From a virus, in IMG/VR virus record IMGVR_UViG_3300038336_000021: a stretch of 34,293 nucleotides of DNA; one strand, 5' to 3'. How positions within the stretch are numbered: position 1 is the stretch's first letter; every line of letters begins with the position of its first letter. The notes under the pieces were generated by a model, which made no database searches, had not been told where the DNA came from, and saw nothing but the letters and a program-made list of their open reading frames with translations. This document shows, piece by piece, positions 1 through 7,170 of the stretch. A program made the translations under genes and the position numbers.

Positions 1-127
1 CCTGCCTCTGATCCTGCTGTAGATCAGCCAGGAAGCACTCCTGCGACTGACTCACCTGCTGATCCATCTGCAACGCCTGAAGCCCCAGCAGCGGCCCAGG
101 ACGATGCTCAGGTAGAGGAAGTCACTG
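1..127. repeat. Terminal direct repeat, copy 1 (identical to 34167-34293); circular-assembly overlap or terminal redundancy
   Basis: Base-by-base comparison: the first 127 nt (cctgcctctgatcc...gaggaagtcactg) recur exactly as the last 127 nt of the window. Confidence 0.97.
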
Positions 128-270
128 CAGACACCCTCGTCCGTGATCACAGTCGTGAAGAGTTGAACGCCATCGCCGTCAAGGAAGGCGTCTCAAACGC
201 TGCCGAACTGGACAACAAACAACAAGTAGCCACCGCGATCTTGAAGATCCGCGCAGCAGCGGGGAACTAG
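1..270 (+). CDS. 3-prime part of the junction-spanning CDS that starts at 33741 (HeH-domain virion-module protein)
   Basis: The reading frame from 33741 reaches 34293 (= position 127) and continues with no stop to TAG 268-270. The C-terminus HSREELNAIAVKEGVSNAAELDNKQQVATAILKIRAA looks like a helix-extended-helix (Rho-N/SAP-like) motif. Confidence 0.8.
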   Translation, partial: PASDPAVDQPGSTPATDSPADPSATPEAPAAAQDDAQVEEVTADTLVRDHSREELNAIAVKEGVSNAAELDNKQQVATAILKIRAAAGN

Positions 271-273
271 ATC

Positions 274-1002
274 ATGACGCCAGACGGCTTCCACTATGCG
301 ACGCGACAAGCGATCCGCAAGGAGTCAGGACGCCAGCACAGGAAAAGTGCTGAGCGTCCTTCTGGCGTGGTCAACGGTGTCAACACCGACTTCTACACCG
401 CGAAGAAGTACATCGTCGATCGCAACGACGACGACGTGCTCGATCCTTCAGATGTAGTGGCCTATGTTGACGGCGCTGCCGTACCTGTCACAGGTGTCAA
501 CGCCGACACTGGACTGATCCAACTCACCACCGCTCCAGCGAACGGCACCGTCGTGACTGCCGACTACCAGTTCTCTGAGCTATCAGATGCCGACATCAAC
601 GAGGTCCGCGCTGAAGCTGAAGACTGGCTCACTCGCCGCGTCAAGTCATACATCGACGTCACTGCCTTCACGTCTCACCTCCCTGTCACCGATCCTGTGA
701 CGGTCGACAACTACCCGAAGACCTTCAGCACAGTCGTCAAGCTCTACGCTGCAGCGCTCATCCTGATCCGTGACTATGGCTCAGGTGCTGATACCGACCT
801 CACCTCGAAGGATGGGTACAAGAAGCTCGGCGTCGCGAAGTCTATGCTCAGCGACTGGATCGCGGAAGTGAACGAAGACGGCAGCAGCGTCCCTGCACCT
901 GCTCGTCCTACTGGCCGCAACGATGGCACGATATTCAACCGCAACAGGTCACTAGATGCAGACCGTCCCGACAAGGACGATCGGTTCATGCGGAAGGCCT
1001 AG
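274..1002 (+). CDS. Hypothetical virion protein, possible head-tail connector/adaptor
   Basis: 242-aa ORF with the phage-typical C/G-ending codon usage. Its ATG lies 3 nt after the preceding TAG. It sits between the capsid genes and the tail-completion gene. LSDADINEVRAEAEDWLTRRV resembles gp6-like connector N-terminal helices (recall only). Confidence 0.6.
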   Translation: MTPDGFHYATRQAIRKESGRQHRKSAERPSGVVNGVNTDFYTAKKYIVDRNDDDVLDPSDVVAYVDGAAVPVTGVNADTGLIQLTTAPANGTVVTADYQFSELSDADINEVRAEAEDWLTRRVKSYIDVTAFTSHLPVTDPVTVDNYPKTFSTVVKLYAAALILIRDYGSGADTDLTSKDGYKKLGVAKSMLSDWIAEVNEDGSSVPAPARPTGRNDGTIFNRNRSLDADRPDKDDRFMRKA

Positions 1003-1005
1003 GCC

Positions 1006-1443
1006 ATGATCTATCTCGACGCTACCATCGAAGGCGAGCAGGAACTCTCTCGTCGCCTGGGGATCGTCGCTGATGGTGTCGAAGACTTCAGCCCAGCGTT
1101 CGACAATATAGAGAGGGAGCTTCTGCACTCAGTCGATCAGAACTTCGACCAACGTGGTGGACTCTTCGGTGGATGGGCACCTCGCAAAGACAACAACCCC
1201 TGGCCACTACTGGAGAACACTGGCGAGCTGCGCGGCGGCTTCATGTCGGCCGTGAAGTCTGACTATCTGGAGATCGGGAACTCTGTGTCATACTTCAAGT
1301 ATCACCAGAGCAACCAACCCAGGGAGCGCCTGCCTCGCCGCGTGATGCTGAAGATCGACGCCACCCGCAAGATCTTCATCACCAAAGCCTTCCAGGAGTA
1401 TCTGGTCGGCCTGATCCAAGATCAAAACAACGCGAAACTATAG
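1006..1443 (+). CDS. Virion morphogenesis / tail-completion protein (Mu gpG / HK97 gp10-like)
   Basis: 145-aa ORF. The motif EIGNSVSYFKYHQSNQPRERLPRRVML matches the remembered hallmark (vpYa..hqfG...lP.R.fl) of the phage virion morphogenesis family. Position is between head and tail genes. Confidence 0.65.
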   Translation: MIYLDATIEGEQELSRRLGIVADGVEDFSPAFDNIERELLHSVDQNFDQRGGLFGGWAPRKDNNPWPLLENTGELRGGFMSAVKSDYLEIGNSVSYFKYHQSNQPRERLPRRVMLKIDATRKIFITKAFQEYLVGLIQDQNNAKL

Positions 1444-1452
1444 GGAGACATC

Positions 1453-2007
1453 ATGGAGAACAACAACAACCTCAACAACAACGCGAGCCAGGGCTACAAG
1501 GACCCTGTCATTCAGAAGCTGATCGACGCTCTTGACGAGTTCGGTCCAGCGGAGCTGAAGGGCAAGTACCACCACGGCGATGTGATCGTACCTGCGAAGA
1601 GTGATCTGCCGATGGTGACGATCGCCAGGGACCGCACCCGCATCACCCAGGCCTCTGACCTGGAAGATGACAACATTATGCCGCTTGTGATCAACGTCCT
1701 CTATGACTACACCCAGGATCTGACCAACGACTTCGACGTCCAGGCTGGGATCACTTCTCTCTATAGGCTGGTCGAAGAGCGGGATCCTGCGAACTATCGC
1801 GTCCTGCCTGGCACGATCGCCTGGGTCCTTCGCACAAAGCAGCAGCTCGGCAACAAGCTCTGGCTGGCTGTCGGCCCGAACGAGAACCTGGACATCGACT
1901 ATGGCCTCGGCGTAGAGCGCCGCGGTCCAGGGATCTTCAGCGTGGAGTCGGTGATCCGCATCAGTGCTCGAGCACATACCGCCCGCCCTGGAGTCGATAT
2001 AGTCTAG
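1453..2007 (+). CDS. Hypothetical neck / tail-terminator-position protein
   Basis: 184-aa ORF with RBS GGGAGAcatcATG. Assigned by synteny only (directly upstream of the major tail gene). Confidence 0.55.
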   Translation: MENNNNLNNNASQGYKDPVIQKLIDALDEFGPAELKGKYHHGDVIVPAKSDLPMVTIARDRTRITQASDLEDDNIMPLVINVLYDYTQDLTNDFDVQAGITSLYRLVEERDPANYRVLPGTIAWVLRTKQQLGNKLWLAVGPNENLDIDYGLGVERRGPGIFSVESVIRISARAHTARPGVDIV

Positions 2008-2009
2008 CG

Positions 2010-2036
2010 TTGACAATTCGTAAATGATACTATAAG
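2010..2036 (+). promoter_or_regulatory. Possible internal late promoter (TTGACA ... TATAAG)
   Basis: TTGACA at 2010-2015 and TATAAG at 2031-2036. The 15-nt spacer is shorter than optimal. It lies in the intergenic gap before the major tail gene block. Confidence 0.3.
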
Positions 2037-2051
2037 CACAAGGAGAAAAGC

Positions 2052-2225
2052 ATGGCCAAGGAAAAAACAACCCCAGCGGAAGAAGCAACGAAGCTCAACG
2101 ATGCACAAGCTCGTGAGCAGCGCCACTACTTCCCAGAACACAACATCACGATCACCGCTGAAACTCGTGAAGAAGCCGAGGCGGAACTCGCAGAGATCAT
2201 CAAACAAGAGAAGGAGGACAACTAG
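2052..2225 (+). CDS. Small acidic hypothetical protein (57 aa), below the ORF-track cutoff
   Basis: Hand translation: MAKEKTTPAEEATKLNDAQAREQRHYFPEHNITITAETREEAEAELAEIIKQEKEDN. RBS AAGGAGaaaagcATG. Its TAG stop abuts the ATG at 2226. Confidence 0.55.
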   Translation: MAKEKTTPAEEATKLNDAQAREQRHYFPEHNITITAETREEAEAELAEIIKQEKEDN

Positions 2226-3209
2226 ATGGCACGCATTATCGGTCGACTCGGAAGCATAGGGATCGGCGTTGAGACCACTCGTGGCACCGCTGTCGCTCCT
2301 ACCTTCTGGGTCCCAGTCACAGGCAAAGACTTCGACGACAAGGTCGACTATATCGACAACGACTCAGGCATGGGCAACATCATGGAAAAGAACGACGCCA
2401 TCCCGAACCACCGCTGGGGTGAAGGCGGCTACGATGGGAAGATCTTCGATCGCTCTGTCGGTGCCGAACTTGTCGCGCTTTTCGGTCAAGCTCCAGTCAG
2501 CACTCAGCGTGCAACATCTGGCGTATATGACCACGTCTTCAACCTAGCCAACAGCAACCAGCACAAGAGCCTCTCGCTCAGCTACAAAGACGCGAACGAG
2601 TCACTCCGCTGGGCGATGGCCATGCTCAACAGCTGGAGCCTCGAAGGCGCGACTGACAACTACGTCCGCCGCACCGCTGGCTACATCAGCAAAAAAGCCA
2701 CCACTGGCGTCTCTCAGAGTCCTTCGTATACTGAGGAGAACGAGTTCGGCCCAGCCGACATCAGCTTCGTCCTCGGAACTGTGGACAGCCTGACCAGCCT
2801 CGACGGCGGATCAAGCATCGGCGCAACTGGCGGATCCATCGAGATCAGCAAGAACGCTGAAGCTCAGTACAAGCTCGGCAACAATGAGCCTGATGACATC
2901 GTGAACAAGCAGTTCGCCGTCACTGGTACTGTTGATCTCTTCATGGACGACACCACCTACAAGGCACTCGTGCTCGCAGGCGGCAAGGTGTCCATGCGAG
3001 TCAAGCTGCTCAACACTGCGATCGACCTCGGATCTGGCCACAACCCAGGACTGAACATCGACCTCGCTCGAGTCAAGCTCGGTGAGTTCGAGGGCGGCTT
3101 CGACAACAACGATGTCCGCACCCAGACGATCAACTTCGAGGGACTCTTCAGCCTGACAGAGGCCAAGGGTATCACCGCGACGTTGACGAACCGACAAGTC
3201 AGCTACTAG
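2226..3209 (+). CDS. Major tail (tube) protein
   Basis: 327-aa ORF immediately upstream of the chaperone/frameshift/tape-measure trio. The N-terminus GRLGSIGIGVETTRGTAVAPTFWVPVTG resembles siphovirus major tail proteins (recall). Confidence 0.7.
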   Translation: MARIIGRLGSIGIGVETTRGTAVAPTFWVPVTGKDFDDKVDYIDNDSGMGNIMEKNDAIPNHRWGEGGYDGKIFDRSVGAELVALFGQAPVSTQRATSGVYDHVFNLANSNQHKSLSLSYKDANESLRWAMAMLNSWSLEGATDNYVRRTAGYISKKATTGVSQSPSYTEENEFGPADISFVLGTVDSLTSLDGGSSIGATGGSIEISKNAEAQYKLGNNEPDDIVNKQFAVTGTVDLFMDDTTYKALVLAGGKVSMRVKLLNTAIDLGSGHNPGLNIDLARVKLGEFEGGFDNNDVRTQTINFEGLFSLTEAKGITATLTNRQVSY

Positions 3210-3237
3210 AATATAGAGAACTAATAAGGAGACCAAC

Positions 3238-3651
3238 ATGTCCAACCAAGCCAAAGCCAGCTCATTCAACGAGACCACAGTGATCACCCCATTCGGTGAT
3301 CACAAGGTCCTGCTCAAAGCCTTCCCTCCAGCTCAGATGAGCCTGGAGACTCGGGCCCAGTACCTCGCGTTCGTGAAGATCGACCCGAAGAAAATGATGG
3401 GCAAAGACCAGGCAAAGATGACCGATGCAGAGAAGGCCGACCTCGCAGAGTTCGACTCGATCCCAGCGGAAGCCATGGCCAACATCAAAGACATCGCGAT
3501 CAAGTACATGGTCGCAGCTATCGACGGCGATCCGACCAACATCCTGGACCGCGTCAAAGCCATGCACATCAACGACTACAACTTCATCGTCGGCGAGATC
3601 GACAAGATCGACAAGGCGACCTCACTCGCAGAGTCTGAAAAAAAAGACTAG
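3238..3651 (+). CDS. Tail assembly chaperone (gpG analogue, zero-frame product)
   Basis: 137-aa acidic ORF between the major tail and tape-measure genes. It ends 4 nt after a slippery heptamer. RBS AAGGAGACCAACATG. Confidence 0.85.
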   Translation: MSNQAKASSFNETTVITPFGDHKVLLKAFPPAQMSLETRAQYLAFVKIDPKKMMGKDQAKMTDAEKADLAEFDSIPAEAMANIKDIAIKYMVAAIDGDPTNILDRVKAMHINDYNFIVGEIDKIDKATSLAESEKKD

Positions 3652-3866
3652 CCAGTGACTACAAGCAGCTCCTCACGAGCGTCACTGGCACTGGTACCAT
3701 AGCAGAGGAGATGGTGATCGTGATGATCTGCGAGCACATGCACTGGACCTGGCAGGACTACCTAGCACAACCGCTATGGCTTATCGACTCCCTCCGCGTT
3801 AAACTGGAGGAAGAAGGGAAGCATCAGCGGGCCGAAAATAACAAGGCCAAAGCCAGGAGCAAATAG
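3238..3866 (+). CDS. Tail assembly chaperone, -1 frameshift fusion product (gpGT analogue)
   Basis: After slipping at 3639-3645 the -1 frame reads RLASDYKQLLTSVTGTGTIAEEMVIVMICEHMHWTWQDYLAQPLWLIDSLRVKLEEEGKHQRAENNKAKARSK. It stops directly before the tape-measure ATG (3867). Confidence 0.8.
3639..3645 (+). promoter_or_regulatory. -1 programmed ribosomal frameshift slippery site A_AAA_AAA
   Basis: Zero-frame codons are gaA AAA AAA gac tag. An 8-A run spans 3638-3645. The -1 frame is open from here to TAG 3864-3866. Confidence 0.85.
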
Positions 3867-6014
3867 ATGGGAAACGATCAAGAACTCAGCATCATCGTCC
3901 GCGCCAGGAACGAGGCATCCAAGATCATCAAACAGGTCCAGGATGACTCGAGGGGAGCAGGCGCTGCCATCAAGAAGGGCTTCGAGGATGCGGTCCCCGC
4001 TTCTCAGGCCCTTGCTGTTGGTGTCGCTGCTGCAGGTGCTGCAGTCGTCGGCTTCGGTATCATGTCGGTCAAAGCCTATGCAGAGGCAGAGCAGGCGTCA
4101 GCACAGCTGGACGCCGTTCTTCAGTCTACTGGCAACGCCGCAGGCATCACGAAGGATCAGCTGCTCGATCAGGCCACCGCACTCCAGGCCGTGACGAAGT
4201 TCTCTGACGAGGCCGTACAGGCCACTCAAGCGATGCTTCTCACATTCACCAACATCAAGGGCGGAGTCATGCAGGACGCCACGAAGACGGCCCTGGACAT
4301 GGCTCAGGCGCTCGGCATGGATGGGGCTCAGGCTGCGATGCAGCTGGGCAAGGCCTTGAACGATCCACTAGAAGGACTCACGAAACTGACTCGAGTCGGT
4401 GTCACCTTCAGCAAAGCACAGGAAGATCAAGTCAAGGCGCTCGTCGCTGCAGGTGATGCGGCAGGGGCCCAGAAGATCATCCTGGCTGAGCTCAACAAAG
4501 AGTTCGGCGGATCGGCTGCTGCAGCTGGTGCTACTTATGCAGGCCAGCTCGAGATCCTGAAGAACACGTTCGGAGATCTCCAGGAGACTGTGGGCAAGTT
4601 CATCCTCGATGCTATCAAGCCACTGATGTCGGCCTTCTCTGGATGGCTCGCAAGCGTCAGCGAAGCTGGCGGACTCTTCGACTACTTCAAGGGCAAGATC
4701 GAAGAGAACAAGGACATGCTCATCGTCATGGGGACCGCCATCGCTGTCGGCCTGGTGCCTGCTCTCGCAGCGGCAGCAGTCGCAGCCTGGTCATTCATCG
4801 CACCTCTGATCCCATTCCTCGCGATCGGTGCTGCTCTCGGCCTCGCTGTCAACTACCTGGTGGAGCAGTTCGGTGGCTGGGGCAAGGTCATGGACTGGGT
4901 CGGCGGAGTGATCGACAACGTCAAGCTCGGCTGGGAAGTGTTCGTCAGCGCCTTCAAGGATCCTGACATCACATCAGACGGCTGGGTCGGAACGATCGAG
5001 GAGATCGCTGGGGTCGCTCGGCAGCTCTTCGACTTCTTCCTGGACACTGGCCGCAAAGCTATCGACGGCATCAAGATGGCCTTCGACTTCCTCTGGCCTT
5101 CGATCAAGTCACTCGGCGACACTATAGCGAACGAGCTCTGGCCCGCCCTGATGAACCTCTGGAACATACTCTCACCGATCCTCCTGCCTGCGCTGCAGAT
5201 CATAGGGGCCATCATAGGCGTCGTCATAGTGGCGGCCATCTGGCTCTTCGTCAACGTGCTCAGGATCGTGATCGGCATCATCTCAGCTCTGATCAACTTC
5301 ATAGCAGGCTTGATCCAGGCGATCGTCGGACTGGTGACATGGGTCATCCAGGCAGGCGCTGCGATCGGCAAGGCCTTCGCTGATGCCTGGAACTGGATCG
5401 TCGCTACCTGGAACAACGTCGGCGGCTGGTTCCGCGGCAAGTGGAACGAGATCGTCAGCATCTTCAGTGGCGTCGGGCAGTTCTTCGGGGACATGTTCCG
5501 CAACGCCTGGAACGGTATCACAGGGATCTTCAACCAGCTGGGCGGCTTCTTCCGCGGAGTCTGGGGCAGTATCATGGGGATCTTCTCAGGTATCGGGAAC
5601 GCTGTGGCCAACGCGATCGGCGGCGGGGTCAAGGGAGTGATCAACTCCGTGATCGGCCTGGCAGAGGGCGCAGTCAACGGCTTCATCGACATGATCAACG
5701 GAGCCATCAACGTCATCAACAAGATCCCTGGAGTGAGCATCGGGAAGGTCGGCCGACTCGGCCTGCCTCGCCTGGCTACTGGTACCGACAACTTCGCTGG
5801 TGGATGGGCCACTGTCGGTGAGCAAGGTCGTGAGAACGTCTGGCTGCCGAAGGGATCTCAAGTCTTCAGTCAGAAGGACTCGAAGAGCATGGGCGGCGAG
5901 GTCACAAACAACTTCTATGGCGAGATGCACTTCGACTCAGCGGAGGCAGTTGATCGCTTCTATAACAGAATAAACCGCGACTCTGAGCTCGCACAGATGG
6001 GGATGCCAACATGA
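3867..6014 (+). CDS. Tape measure protein
   Basis: 715-aa ORF after the chaperone pair. It has an Ala-rich helical N-terminus, hydrophobic central segments and periodic W/F-G repeats (NWIVATWNNVGGWFRGKWNEIVSIFSGVGQFFGDMFRNAWNGITGIFNQLGGFFRGVWGSIMGIFSGIG). Confidence 0.9.
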   Translation: MGNDQELSIIVRARNEASKIIKQVQDDSRGAGAAIKKGFEDAVPASQALAVGVAAAGAAVVGFGIMSVKAYAEAEQASAQLDAVLQSTGNAAGITKDQLLDQATALQAVTKFSDEAVQATQAMLLTFTNIKGGVMQDATKTALDMAQALGMDGAQAAMQLGKALNDPLEGLTKLTRVGVTFSKAQEDQVKALVAAGDAAGAQKIILAELNKEFGGSAAAAGATYAGQLEILKNTFGDLQETVGKFILDAIKPLMSAFSGWLASVSEAGGLFDYFKGKIEENKDMLIVMGTAIAVGLVPALAAAAVAAWSFIAPLIPFLAIGAALGLAVNYLVEQFGGWGKVMDWVGGVIDNVKLGWEVFVSAFKDPDITSDGWVGTIEEIAGVARQLFDFFLDTGRKAIDGIKMAFDFLWPSIKSLGDTIANELWPALMNLWNILSPILLPALQIIGAIIGVVIVAAIWLFVNVLRIVIGIISALINFIAGLIQAIVGLVTWVIQAGAAIGKAFADAWNWIVATWNNVGGWFRGKWNEIVSIFSGVGQFFGDMFRNAWNGITGIFNQLGGFFRGVWGSIMGIFSGIGNAVANAIGGGVKGVINSVIGLAEGAVNGFIDMINGAINVINKIPGVSIGKVGRLGLPRLATGTDNFAGGWATVGEQGRENVWLPKGSQVFSQKDSKSMGGEVTNNFYGEMHFDSAEAVDRFYNRINRDSELAQMGMPT

Positions 6015-6784
6015 TCGGGATGAGTTTTGCAGGGGTGGATCTGAGCAGCGGGAAGTTCACCGTCACTGAGACGGATGCCTTCAGCGCACCATCGAAGACG
6101 ACGAAGATCATCGAGCTTGCACGACGCGATGGATCGGTCCAAGTGTATGAGAAGTTCAACAGCCGCACCATCGAGGTGTCTGGCTATATCAAGGGCACTG
6201 ACGGCCTGGATCTTCGTGCTGCTATGGATCAGATGAAGCGCCTGCTGCTATCTCCGAAGAGCTCTCTGGTACTGACTGAGGACGGCTACCCGCTCACCTG
6301 GGACCAGACCAAGATGAGGAACCTCAACATCAGCCGCGATCAGACACAAGTCACCTATGCGACCTTCAGCGCTGAGTTCTTCAGCCAGCAGCCGTTCGCA
6401 GTAGACGACGTCAGCGACACCTGGTTCGATCAAGATGTCACCGCTGCCACCAACTCGATCCCATTCGTAGTGAACGGAACCTACCCAGGCTACCCGATCA
6501 TCGACATCACCGTCACTGCTATCAACCCGAACGACACCGAGACCACGATCGTCTTCGGCAACCCTGCCACGTCGCAGCTCCTGGAGATCACCAGGATCTT
6601 CAAGGCGGGTGATATTATAAACATAGACACGTTGAACCGCAGGGCCTTCATCGGCACTGAGCTGATCTCACCAGACGGCCAGTTCCCAGCATGGGTGCCA
6701 GGCGCGGGGACGTTCGAGATCAGCGACCTGGCGACTACCAGGACGCTCCACGTCAAAGCAGTAGCGCCGAGGAGGTACCTATAA
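6011..6784 (+). CDS. Distal tail protein (Dit-like)
   Basis: 257-aa ORF with an ATGA overlap with the tape-measure stop. Position and size are typical of siphovirus Dit. Confidence 0.7.
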   Translation: MIGMSFAGVDLSSGKFTVTETDAFSAPSKTTKIIELARRDGSVQVYEKFNSRTIEVSGYIKGTDGLDLRAAMDQMKRLLLSPKSSLVLTEDGYPLTWDQTKMRNLNISRDQTQVTYATFSAEFFSQQPFAVDDVSDTWFDQDVTAATNSIPFVVNGTYPGYPIIDITVTAINPNDTETTIVFGNPATSQLLEITRIFKAGDIINIDTLNRRAFIGTELISPDGQFPAWVPGAGTFEISDLATTRTLHVKAVAPRRYL

Positions 6785-7167
6785 TGGCCAGCAAGAAGTC
6801 CAACTACCTGAAGAGCAAGATCGTCAAACACGTCAAGGGTGAGGCGTCTTATACTATGCCGACGACTCTCTACCTGGCCCTCTATACCAGCGATCCTACT
6901 GTTGCAGACAGCGGCACGGAAGTCACTGGTGGATCCTACTCGAGGAAGAGCATCAGCTTCGCCGCCGAGTCTGGTGGATCTGCAGCATCGAACGCCGCCA
7001 TCAACTTCACCTCGATGCCTACCACGAACGTCTCCTTCTGGGGCATCCGTGACGCTTCAAGCGGTGGGAACCTGCTATACTTCGGCAACTTCGACATCAT
7101 CCAGGCGATCACTGCAGGCCAGACATTCACGATCAACAGCGGCAACCTAGTGATCACGGAGGAGTAG
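6784..7167 (+). CDS. Small conserved tail-region protein (127 aa)
   Basis: I place the start at ATG 6784 (TAATG overlap with the Dit stop) rather than the track start 6691. LALYTSDPTVADSGTEVTGGSYSRKSISF resembles a motif I recall from small minor-tail proteins of Gram-positive phages. Confidence 0.6.
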   Translation: MASKKSNYLKSKIVKHVKGEASYTMPTTLYLALYTSDPTVADSGTEVTGGSYSRKSISFAAESGGSAASNAAINFTSMPTTNVSFWGIRDASSGGNLLYFGNFDIIQAITAGQTFTINSGNLVITEE

Positions 7168-7170
7168 CTC

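Noticed and set aside
4853-5812. 319-aa minus-strand ORF antisense to the tape measure gene. Similar long antisense ORFs occur at 1438-2088, 8593-9198, 19345-19974, 20080-20889, 25725-26495 and 27500-28225.
   Set aside because: Each lies entirely inside a sense-strand gene with strong functional or synteny support. Their products are Pro/Ser/Arg-rich low-complexity sequences without RBS, as expected for open antisense frames in GC3-biased genes.
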